Positions 40,185-48,790 of a stretch of DNA of 50,045 bases are shown here, piece after piece. The notes beneath the pieces are model-generated. The model was not told the DNA's origin and did not search any database. It saw only the letters and a list, made by a program, of their open reading frames with translations. Origin of the DNA: Promethearchaeia archaeon. GTDB lineage: Archaea; Asgardarchaeota; Lokiarchaeia; Sigyniarchaeales; SOKP01. The position numbers and the translations under genes are program-made. Positions within the stretch are counted from its first letter, which is position 1, and each line of letters opens with the position of its first letter. The stretch lies in contig JAHQWG010000011.1 in NCBI GenBank assembly GCA_029856045.1, forward strand, positions 1 through 50,045. The letters run 5' to 3'.

Positions 40185-40975
40185 GATTGATGTTTAAACC
40201 AGGTTACTACTGATTCGACCGTCTTCTCAAAAGCTTTGGGATCTGTAAGTTTATGATCTGCTCCTTCGATAACAACCATCTCCTTGGGCTCTTTGGCCAA
40301 TTCGAAAAAGCGGCGAACCCACACCAAATCTATATCTTCATCTGCATCTCCTGCAATTATAAGCAGTGGACGGGGAGCAATACTCGAAACCTCCCGAATA
40401 GGATTTAACTTTTTCGAATCCTCCACCATCCTTTCAAGGATTTCTTTGCGAATATCTGGATCACTCAATCCATGCATTTCGTCTGGTGAATTTTGCAGCA
40501 AGTCTTCTACAGCAGGTTGAATATAGGGGGAACGAGCAAATGTAAGCGTGTCATACACTGGTGCCCGAAGACATACCACACTAATCCGGTTATCGCGAAC
40601 CGCAGCCAATACAGCTACGGCTCCACCATAACTAGCCCCATATACTCCAACCCAGTTGTTAATGGAGTAATCAGACTCTATCAGATGAGAAATTGCATTT
40701 TTGGCGTCTTTAACTTCTCGAGCAAGACTGAAATATCCATCACTCCGACGGAATCCCCTAAAATCAAACGTTAAAACTAGGAAACCGGCTTCTGCTAGTC
40801 GAGAAGCTATACCATGAACTTGATCAGGAGATCCTGGGAGCCCATGAAATTTACATATCCCCAGAAATGGTCCATCGCCCTCCGGAACTAAAAAATCTCC
40901 TCTCAACAACTGCCCCTCTGAATGAAATTCTGTCGGAATAATACGGAAATTCGCCAATTCTCTTTTACTTTTCAA
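40166..40975 (-). CDS. Alpha/beta hydrolase (S9/DUF1100-like)
   Basis: HG.PG, FDFRG...S.G, GASYGG, GDAD, GADH. Confidence 0.9.
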   Translation of the reverse strand: MKSKRELANFRIIPTEFHSEGQLLRGDFLVPEGDGPFLGICKFHGLPGSPDQVHGIASRLAEAGFLVLTFDFRGFRRSDGYFSLAREVKDAKNAISHLIESDYSINNWVGVYGASYGGAVAVLAAVRDNRISVVCLRAPVYDTLTFARSPYIQPAVEDLLQNSPDEMHGLSDPDIRKEILERMVEDSKKLNPIREVSSIAPRPLLIIAGDADEDIDLVWVRRFFELAKEPKEMVVIEGADHKLTDPKAFEKTVESVVTWFKHQSQSKSK

Positions 40976-41104
40976 ATTTTGTTCTCACATGATTAAGAAA
41001 GTCTTATTAATTATAAATAAATAAAATTTAATCAAATCAATTAATTATTTAACTTTTTTATATAAATATAAGGATATAATTATGATTATTTAGGAAGTGT
41101 TTAA

Positions 41105-41743
41105 ATGGGTAATCTGATATTAGGAAAGGAATATTTTGAATTTTCGCAAATTCAACCATCTGCTGAAACAAAGAATTTGGATTCATACATTATCTCGATG
41201 ATCAAAAAAATACAACCAGGTGATCTTTTACTCGTAAGAACTCCAGGAATTGGTTATTCAATTGGCAGAAAATTAGCACGAAATACTCATGATCATATTG
41301 CAGTAGTTTTAAATAAGGGGGTAACATTAAATATTGTCAATCCTATAACTGTTATTCGTCCAATATCGATTTTTTGCAAACCTAATAGGAATCCGTTGAT
41401 TTTACGGCCAAAATGGAGAGATATGGAGCAACGAAAAAGATTTGTTAAAGAAATGGAAAAATTTTCGAATAGTGTTTATAATGTAAAAAAAACAATATTT
41501 GGGTTTTTTTTTACGTCTTTATATGGGTGGTTGGGTATTCGGATGCCGATGAAAAAATTGGATGAGTCTGCAAAGAGATGGATATGTACAGAGGCAATTC
41601 TAATAAGTCTTTTAAAAACATTTCCAAAATTTAAGGTTATTAATAACATTAAATTGGATTATCATAGTCTTGGATTTGCCACTATAAATGATTTTCTTAG
41701 GATTTCCAAGCATTTTCCAGAGCTTTTAAACACCATAGATTAA
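41105..41743 (+). CDS. Permuted papain-like (YiiX/YebB, NlpC/P60) enzyme
   Basis: PGDLLL, HIAVV (His before Cys), Y(N), W.CTE. Confidence 0.7.
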   Translation: MGNLILGKEYFEFSQIQPSAETKNLDSYIISMIKKIQPGDLLLVRTPGIGYSIGRKLARNTHDHIAVVLNKGVTLNIVNPITVIRPISIFCKPNRNPLILRPKWRDMEQRKRFVKEMEKFSNSVYNVKKTIFGFFFTSLYGWLGIRMPMKKLDESAKRWICTEAILISLLKTFPKFKVINNIKLDYHSLGFATINDFLRISKHFPELLNTID

Positions 41744-41937
41744 TCTTTTATCCTTTAAATTTTCTGAATATGATTTCAATTTTCTAATAAAGAATACATC
41801 AAATATTTAAAAATAAATAATAAAAATTACAATTTTTTTTCCAATTAATTTCTTTTTTGGTTTCATATTTCTTTACATAATAACTTTCGCAAATACCTTA
41901 ACAAACATTTATAATTTTAATTTTCAAATCTTTTACT

Positions 41938-42630
41938 ATGTTAGAAACATCCAAAAAATTTTCAACCCCAGTATTAATTGCATTAATTATTTTTGCCGAT
42001 GTATTACAGGCGTTGCCCCTGATGCTCCTGTCTGGAAACTTTCTCTGGATTGAAATGTGGATTTATCTATTAATATTTACCATTTTCACGACTTATTCAT
42101 TGTTTTGGTTAAGAAAAAACAACCCCCAATTACTTGAAAGTAGAACCTCAATGAAAGGTTCGCCAAGGTCAGATAAAATCATTCTGTCTTTACTCGGCGT
42201 TGTGTTTATCGTTTATGTTATAGTAGTTGGCTTAGACGGTGGAAGGTTTCATTGGTCAGTGGTTCCAGTCTTAGTAAAAATACTTGGATTCATTGGTGTG
42301 GCTTTCGGCTTAATTATTATGTTTCTAGTTATGAAAGAAAATGCTTTCGCTTCAAAAGTATTAAGAGTTGATAAAGAGGGAGGACAAAAAGTAATCTCCA
42401 CGGGTCCTTATGCAATTGTGCGACACCCAATGTATATCGGGTATTTATTAATGTTTTTTGGGCTAACAATCGCATTGGGCTCCCTTTTTGGTCTTATTCC
42501 AACAGTAATAGTAACCATCTTAATAATAATACGAATTCCTTTTGAAGAAAAATTATTACACGAAGGACTCGAAGGGTATACTGAATACACAGAGAAAGTA
42601 AAATATAGATTAATTCCAAAGATTTGGTAG
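41938..42630 (+). CDS. Isoprenylcysteine carboxyl methyltransferase/PEMT-family membrane protein
   Basis: EN.F.S, V.STGPY..VRHPMY, R...EE..L...L.GY.EY...V.YRLIP..W. Confidence 0.9.
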   Translation: MLETSKKFSTPVLIALIIFADVLQALPLMLLSGNFLWIEMWIYLLIFTIFTTYSLFWLRKNNPQLLESRTSMKGSPRSDKIILSLLGVVFIVYVIVVGLDGGRFHWSVVPVLVKILGFIGVAFGLIIMFLVMKENAFASKVLRVDKEGGQKVISTGPYAIVRHPMYIGYLLMFFGLTIALGSLFGLIPTVIVTILIIIRIPFEEKLLHEGLEGYTEYTEKVKYRLIPKIW

Positions 42631-42679
42631 AATACTAAAAAAATCTTGATAGAACTAATATTCTATTTTAATCTTAAAT

Positions 42680-43084
42680 TTAAAGTGAAAAAACTTTTTT
42701 TGCCTTGTCTAACGCTTCTATTAATTCTGATAATTCTAACTTCTGTAAGCCTTCCGGAACTGTAAATCTTGGTGGTTTCCCGCCTAAGAGTTTCATCCAT
42801 GCTTGACAAGCGTATAAAGAAACTCCAACGCTTTTCGCTTCTTTTATTAATTCAAAAGGATCTGAAGGGACGCCCATCATGGCAGCATTTTTTTCTATGT
42901 CTTTGGAATATGGTTCCAAACCAGGTGAGAGCCTAAATTTTTTGTCTATGAGCGCTACCAATCCTTCTTGCATAAATATTACTGATACATCTTCTCCTTT
43001 CTTCTTTTTATTCATTGCAATAACGAGGGCGCTTAAATAAGAATTGATTGTCCCCTCTTTGCACAATATCACGGTTTCTACCAT
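42680..43084 (-). CDS. DsrE/DrsE-like protein
   Basis: V.VIF..EG...L, LI.EA...GV.LYAC. Confidence 0.7.
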   Translation of the reverse strand: MVETVILCKEGTINSYLSALVIAMNKKKKGEDVSVIFMQEGLVALIDKKFRLSPGLEPYSKDIEKNAAMMGVPSDPFELIKEAKSVGVSLYACQAWMKLLGGKPPRFTVPEGLQKLELSELIEALDKAKKVFSL

Positions 43085-43227
43085 TTTTTATCATCTATTA
43101 GAATAAATTTCAACTTTATTAAAATATTTGGAATATATTGTTTTAATTGTTTCTTGAAAGAAAATAGAGCTTAAAGAATACGATTCTTAATTAAATGAAA
43201 CTCCCTACTCCCTTTATAAAAAAAATC

Positions 43228-43569
43228 TTATAAAAGATCTTCAATTTTTTCTAGAGTTTTTTCATTAACTTTTATTTCCTTTTGAAAATGTTTTTTAATT
43301 CTTTTAAGAAAAGCTTCTCTTTCCTTTTCTGTTTCATAATGTGCTAATAAATTTTTTACCCAATTAATATTCTCTTCTATTTCTTCCGGAATTTTTTCAC
43401 TATCATGTCTAGATGCATTTTGTGGGCATATTTTATGACAAGTCCCACATCTAATGCAGTTTTCCATATCTATTTCAGCTTTACCTTCTATCATAAAGAT
43501 AGCTCCTACAGGACATTCTTCAATACATATTTCGCAACCATCACATCTATTTTTATCTATCCATGGCAT
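43228..43569 (-). CDS. 2x[4Fe-4S] ferredoxin with helical C-terminal extension
   Basis: CDGCEICIEECP and CIRCGTCHKICP. Confidence 0.9.
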   Translation of the reverse strand: MPWIDKNRCDGCEICIEECPVGAIFMIEGKAEIDMENCIRCGTCHKICPQNASRHDSEKIPEEIEENINWVKNLLAHYETEKEREAFLKRIKKHFQKEIKVNEKTLEKIEDLL

Positions 43570-43650
43570 TTAACACACTTCACATTAAATATAATAAAAT
43601 CAATCATTATTCCTATAAAAAAAGTTATAAATTAAAAAATTATTAGAAAA

Positions 43651-44286
43651 GTGATTATGCCGAGAATTGAACCCTTTGAAAGATACCCTTTCAAATATGA
43701 TCAATGGTTCATCAGAAATAAATACGCTTACATATCTGAATTACTAGCAATAAAAAAACAACTTCCAAAAAGTAAAAATGGTGTTGAGATTGGTGTAGGT
43801 AGTGGTAGATTTGCGGCTCCTCTTGGGATTAGACTTGGAGTGGAACCATCTAGTAAGATGAGAATGCTCTCTAAAAAGAGAATGATAGATCTTATTGATT
43901 CTATTGCAGAAAATCTGCCATTTAGGTCTTCTATATTTGATTTCGCGTTAATGGTTACTACAATCTGTTTTATTGATGATATAGAAAGAACATTTAAAGA
44001 AATATTCAAAATCTTAAAGCCGGAAGGCATTTTTATAATTGGTTTTATTGATCGAAATAGTGCAATTGGAAAATTGTACGAACAACATAAAGAATCAAAT
44101 GTTTTCTATAATATAGCAGATTTTTACTCTGTTGAAAAGGTTATATCTTTTCTAAGTAAGACTAAATTCAAAAATTTTAATTTTAGTCAGACGATTTTTC
44201 ATCCTTTATTAGCTATAAATAAAATTGAACAAGTCAAAAAGGGCTATGGAAAAGGTTCTTTTGTAGTAATTAAAGCAAAGAAATAA
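43651..44286 (+). CDS. Class I SAM-dependent methyltransferase (type 11)
   Basis: EIGVGSGRF, AE.LPF....FD, LKP.G. Confidence 0.9.
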   Translation: MIMPRIEPFERYPFKYDQWFIRNKYAYISELLAIKKQLPKSKNGVEIGVGSGRFAAPLGIRLGVEPSSKMRMLSKKRMIDLIDSIAENLPFRSSIFDFALMVTTICFIDDIERTFKEIFKILKPEGIFIIGFIDRNSAIGKLYEQHKESNVFYNIADFYSVEKVISFLSKTKFKNFNFSQTIFHPLLAINKIEQVKKGYGKGSFVVIKAKK

Positions 44287-44375
44287 AATAAGATAATAAC
44301 CTAAGATATTATTTTTAAGTAAAATAGGAGCTTTGATGTATGCATAATTTTTACTTAATGAATTAATATGATCTT

Positions 44376-45146
44376 TTAATAATCGTGAGGAATACCTTTG
44401 ATATGTAAAAGTAGGTGTTCGTATCCCTCTAAATCTTCAATCCATCCATAATTTGCATCACATTTTGAATCTAAATCTTTAACATAAGGTTTAATATCAA
44501 GTAATGGCGTTCCGTCAAATACATCTAATCCTGTCGTGAAGATCTTATTCTTTAAAACCTGTTTTATCCGAACAATGCTAAGTCCTATTAAATTTGGGCG
44601 AACTGGAGATCTACTTGCGAATGTTCCTACTTCAATTCCTCCAGTCCAAGGGGGTGACACAATATTCTTTACTTCTCGCGATACTCGATGTGTATAATAA
44701 ATCACATAGATATAATTAAATTGGTCGAGTTTATGAAGTCCTTCAATATATTGGGGATCAACAATAATTTGAAAATCGCCTTGATCTTTTTCTATTGGTT
44801 GATATGGTGCATTATTTTTATATGGCGTACGAATTACTCCAATCTGTTTAAATCCAAAAGTTTTTGATGATTTTAACTGCCCAGATACTGACTTTTTTTT
44901 TAGTTTTTCTAATTTCATATCCGAACTTTCAATTTTAACTTTTCTCGCTTTTTTTCTTACTGATTCAAAGATTTTATTCATTTTATCAAAAAATTGAATC
45001 GTATTTGTCAATTCTTGAGCTATTTCTTCAGAGATTGAGCTTTTAATTTTTACAATCCATTTTTTAGTATCTATTACATGTTGATTATTATGCATAATCC
45101 AATAAGATAAAAGCTTATCTAACTTCTCAATATCTAAATCGTTTAT
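44376..45146 (-). CDS. TrmO/TsaA-like protein, copy 2, with N-terminal helical WxxHNxxH domain and His-rich C-terminus
   Basis: IG.I.TPY, G.FASRSP.RPN.IGLS, LDV.DGTPLLDIKPY; frame extends 17 codons upstream of ATG 45095 to an ATA 7 nt after AAGAGGT (EKLDKLLSYWIMHNNQH); ends HLLLHIKGIPHDY. Confidence 0.8.
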   Translation of the reverse strand: MNDLDIEKLDKLLSYWIMHNNQHVIDTKKWIVKIKSSISEEIAQELTNTIQFFDKMNKIFESVRKKARKVKIESSDMKLEKLKKKSVSGQLKSSKTFGFKQIGVIRTPYKNNAPYQPIEKDQGDFQIIVDPQYIEGLHKLDQFNYIYVIYYTHRVSREVKNIVSPPWTGGIEVGTFASRSPVRPNLIGLSIVRIKQVLKNKIFTTGLDVFDGTPLLDIKPYVKDLDSKCDANYGWIEDLEGYEHLLLHIKGIPHDY

Positions 45147-45205
45147 TTGTATTACCTCTTTTTATAACTTTTAACTTAACTAAACAAAATTATGAAAAAT
45201 TAATT

Positions 45206-45226
45206 AATGTAAATACGTTTTACATT
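45206..45226. promoter_or_regulatory. Inverted repeat AATGTAAA-N5-TTTACATT, candidate operator
   Basis: Perfect 8-bp arms about 60 bp upstream of the 45146 gene. Confidence 0.45.
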
Positions 45227-45394
45227 TATTCTACCTATGCCAGATAAAAGTTTTGTTATTTCGAGAGAATTAAGATTCTAATAAAAAAGTTGCCATAAGA
45301 TATTAAAATTAATTAAAATTTTTTTTCTGAATTAAAGTAGGAGTATTAAAAGAGATGATTATAAGGTTTTTTTCACTCTATAGATGATTTTTTA

Positions 45395-45886
45395 TTACCA
45401 TCTGGATTTTTCTCCCAATTTAATATCCAAGACGGGGGTTCCATCTATAGCATCCAAATTTTTAACATATAGAATAGTATTTTCAATCTTAATGAGTTCT
45501 ACATTTGTAATCCCAATGCGAGACAAACGTTCAGGTGTTCTTGAAGCAAAAATTCCTACTTTTTTACCATCAAGCCCTCGAGAAAAAATAGAACGTATTT
45601 GACGCTGTTTATGAAAATAAAATACAACCATAATCCATTTTTCATCTTTTAATCCATAAAGAAATGGTTCTTGAGACTTAAAAAGCTCGATCTTTGAAAT
45701 TTCATGAGGACTACCTTTAAATCCAAATTTATGCCCTCGTACTAGCTGATTCTTAACAAAACCTATTGGGTAAATTTGATAAGGTTTATAATTATTATAT
45801 AAACATGAATGGCAAATGAACTTACCATCAATTTTTTCAAGATGAGTTAAATTTTTTTCTTTCTTACATTTATTACAAATTAGCAT
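45395..45886 (-). CDS. TrmO/TsaA-like protein, copy 3, with N-terminal C4 Zn finger
   Basis: CNKC...CHSC, then PIG.V, GIFASRTP.R, LDAIDGTPVLDIK. Confidence 0.85.
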   Translation of the reverse strand: MLICNKCKKEKNLTHLEKIDGKFICHSCLYNNYKPYQIYPIGFVKNQLVRGHKFGFKGSPHEISKIELFKSQEPFLYGLKDEKWIMVVFYFHKQRQIRSIFSRGLDGKKVGIFASRTPERLSRIGITNVELIKIENTILYVKNLDAIDGTPVLDIKLGEKSRW

Positions 45887-46185
45887 ATATACTTCACTTA
45901 CGTTAATATGAAATCATTTTAAGGATTTATTTATTAAACGTTCTTCATGCGGAATTTATTATCCTAAAGAACTAATATATTATCAATTTTGTGATTTTAG
46001 AACAAACAACTGCCACCATCAATAGATTGTATAGATCCTTATTTAATTTAATTATAAGAATTTAACCATTTATATTGTCTTGAATAAAGCCCCTTTTTAT
46101 AGAACAGATTACTAAAATCGAAAAAAGGCTCAATAATCTGTGAGTGATTTATCCCGGCTCTACCTTTTGGAGATGGTATAAAAAA

Positions 46186-46593
46186 CTAAAAAAATTCCGA
46201 TAACCTAAGTGCTATTGCATCTCCACCATCCGAGTCAGGTTCTGGAAAGAGAAAAGGGGAAAGTCTGGCTCCTAATCCAGCTCCTAAACGAGGATATCTG
46301 GTTGTTGATAGAACTAAGATTTTATTTTTATCCACAGCCATTACAAGGATTAAGCCATTATCTCCCTCAATCACAATTCTCTTTAAATTTCCACGAGCAA
46401 TCTCTAAAACCCCACGTTCTCCTAATGAAAATATCGCAGCGGTCATAGCAGCAATTTTTGCATCATCGATCACCTCGGGAAAAACACTTACAATAAGGGT
46501 CCCCTCTACTGAAACAATTGCTCCAGCCTCAACGTCAGGATTGGACTTAACTAATCTTTTTAGATCTCGCTTAAGTGATTTTAGATCATCCAT
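46186..46593 (-). CDS. Roadblock/LC7 (MglB-like) domain protein with atypical C-terminus
   Basis: DVEA.AIVS.EG..I.S..P, IAAM.AA..SLGER, G.L....IEG.NG. Confidence 0.85.
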   Translation of the reverse strand: MDDLKSLKRDLKRLVKSNPDVEAGAIVSVEGTLIVSVFPEVIDDAKIAAMTAAIFSLGERGVLEIARGNLKRIVIEGDNGLILVMAVDKNKILVLSTTRYPRLGAGLGARLSPFLFPEPDSDGGDAIALRLSEFF

Positions 46594-46795
46594 TATTTTT
46601 TCATTGGATCATTATTTCTCAAATTTATCTAAAAATAAATTTAGAAGATAAGTTATTTAAGAATTGTGATAGGAACTATATAAAATTTATTAACGCTTTA
46701 TTCAATCTTATTCCCGCAATTTTTCGGATCTTTTTATCTTTCTTGAGACTTTAATATCTTTTTGTAGAATTCTCAATATTAAATATCATTCAGTA

Positions 46796-46969
46796 CTATC
46801 TTTTTCTTTTTTGCTCAATTTCTTTCGAAGTTTTTATTAAGTTATCTATACCCAACCATGTTGGATGTGTAAAGTGATGTAGTCTAATTATTGGTTCCTT
46901 TCTTGCTTTAAATATGATTTCTACAATTTTTGCACAGTGATCAACAACCTCATTATCATTCTGATCTGA
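46796..46969 (-). pseudogene. Glycoside hydrolase family 1 fragment
   Basis: EVVDHCAKIVEIIFKARKEPIIRLHHFTHPTWLG matches the GH1 '...EP.VTLHHFT.P.WL' segment; no start codon, flanked by stops. Confidence 0.7.
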
Positions 46970-47121
46970 TTAAAGAAAGTCGGGATAATTGGAAAAATTT
47001 GGAGGATAAAATTATACAAAAAATAATTAACAAAAATGTAAGGTTTATATATTAAATGATTTTATAGTTCTTTACTTCAAAATGTAATTTTAATAAAAAT
47101 ATAATAAGAGAGGTAAAAATT

Positions 47122-47442
47122 ATGCCATATGTTGTTATAAAGACTTGGTTTCCATCTAACAAAGCAAATGAAGTTGCAAAAATATATATTGAAGAGCGGA
47201 AAAAATATCCTATTGATAGATCTCTAGGAAAAGAAGTTGTAACTGCTGTATCGTCAGATGAAAATGGTATAATAACCCTGGGTGTTATAGATGTAAAAGA
47301 AGGCAAACTTGAAGAAACTCTAACCCGAGATAGAAACATTGCAGTAATGTATATTAATATCGAAGGATATAAACGTAAGCAGGAAGTTTGGATGACTATT
47401 GTAGAAGCCTTGGCATTCATAGGAATGAAAGCGCCAGAATAA
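47122..47442 (+). CDS. Small conserved hypothetical protein (family member 3)
   Basis: WFPS.KA.E..K.Y.E..KKYP...EGY...EA...G...PE; GAGGT SD. Confidence 0.85.
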   Translation: MPYVVIKTWFPSNKANEVAKIYIEERKKYPIDRSLGKEVVTAVSSDENGIITLGVIDVKEGKLEETLTRDRNIAVMYINIEGYKRKQEVWMTIVEALAFIGMKAPE

Positions 47443-47647
47443 TTATTTAATCTCTAATTTCTTTTTTTTCTTTATCTTTTCCTAATTTATTAGATTTTTT
47501 TAAAAAAATTTTTAAGATTTCAAAATTGAACTTTATTTTTTTATAAATTTAATTTCAAAAGCAGCTAATAATCTTTTATAAAAAACAATAAATTTACCAA
47601 GACCAATAAATTTATTTCCACCTTATATCGAGCAATAACTTCGTTGA

Positions 47648-47936
47648 CCAAATAACTTCTTTTTTGGTTTCATATATCCCTACATAATAATTTTCGCAAA
47701 TATATAGGAAAACATTTATAATTGTAATTTTCAAATCTTTAACTATGTCAAAAACATCCAAAAAATTTTCATCCCCAGTAATGAAGTGTTCGCCGAGGGC
47801 AGATAAAATCATTCTGTCTTTACTTGTCGTTGTGGCTATCATTTATTTTATAGTAGTTAGTCCAGACGGTGGAAGATTTCATTGGTCATTAGTTCCAGTC
47901 TTAGTAAAAATACTTGAAAAAGTAAAAGAGGTGTGA
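47648..47936 (+). pseudogene. Internally deleted, 3'-truncated duplicate of the ICMT-family gene including its promoter
   Basis: 47648-47916 aligns to 41841-42286 with an in-frame 177-bp deletion; 63-aa remnant ORF 47745-47936. Confidence 0.9.
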
Positions 47937-48727
47937 AATTTTTGGCAGAAATAGCTATTGCATTGTTATCTCCTATCGCTAGTTTTATAGGGAAAATGAT
48001 AGTAAGGAAAATTAAAAAGAAAATAGACCAAAAATTAATTAATATCAATGTGAAAAGTCCAGACTATAATGGAACAGCAAATCACTGGGTTACCTATCTT
48101 GACGAGCGTATCAAAACCGAACAAGAAAAACAACTTCAATATGCTTATCTTGGAGATGATATCCAAACTTCAATTGAGAAAGATAATAAAGTTTCGACCA
48201 TAAAAATTCAGGTGCCTAATGTAGATAAGGATGCTTTAAAGGAACTTATGTTAAAAAAACAATGGAATAATCAAAATGATCCTATTCATGGAAATGGTGT
48301 TTTTAATTTAGCCCTCCCCCAAATAACTCATGCAAATTTAGAAGGAGAAACATATCAAATCCAATATCTAGATCTATCCTCGATTCCTCTAAATGGTAAA
48401 TATCTGTTTACTACTAAATTAGAATCTTTAAGTTTTGAAAAATATGACCCTGGTGAGTTTTATAAACATGGAGGAACCTTTGAAATACCAGTTTATCTAG
48501 AAAAATCAACACCAGAGTATCAAGTTTACCCAATAACACCTCCAGCACCGAAAATTCCAGATTATGCCATTAAAACAAAAATTATTAAAGAAAAAATTAT
48601 CCCATCTATCGAAGAAACTCAAGTTTTTGTATTCTGCCCATTTTGTGGAACAAAAATGCCTAAATCCAAAAATCTTAAGTTCTGTTTATTATGTGGGAAA
48701 AATATTGAACAACACCTTAATTTTTAA
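47933..48727 (+). CDS. Hypothetical protein with C-terminal Zn ribbon
   Basis: GTG start overlapping the remnant stop (GTGA); CPFCG...CLLCG. Confidence 0.7.
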   Translation: MKFLAEIAIALLSPIASFIGKMIVRKIKKKIDQKLININVKSPDYNGTANHWVTYLDERIKTEQEKQLQYAYLGDDIQTSIEKDNKVSTIKIQVPNVDKDALKELMLKKQWNNQNDPIHGNGVFNLALPQITHANLEGETYQIQYLDLSSIPLNGKYLFTTKLESLSFEKYDPGEFYKHGGTFEIPVYLEKSTPEYQVYPITPPAPKIPDYAIKTKIIKEKIIPSIEETQVFVFCPFCGTKMPKSKNLKFCLLCGKNIEQHLNF

Positions 48728-48790
48728 TTTTTATGAATATATTAAAATAAAATTGGTAAAATGTTTGAAGAACATTTGGTGAATATATAA

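Noticed and set aside
41938-42630. ICMT-like gene as evidence of eukaryote-type CaaX processing
   Set aside because: The family is widespread in prokaryotes, and no prenyltransferase or CaaX substrate is evident in the window.
46160-46190. ATAAAAAACTAA, resembling a preQ1-I riboswitch 3' tail (window has queT and a QueG-like gene)
   Set aside because: Only a 4-bp stem, the loop lacks the ligand-pairing C, it is far from queT, and it is the reverse complement of the roadblock stop plus T-rich terminator.
1747-48782. Numerous 60-145 aa ORFs overlapping larger genes (e.g. 5990-6391, 19179-19616, 47052-47420, 47612-47842)
   Set aside because: Antisense or alternate-frame shadows of well-supported CDS, with no motifs or SD.
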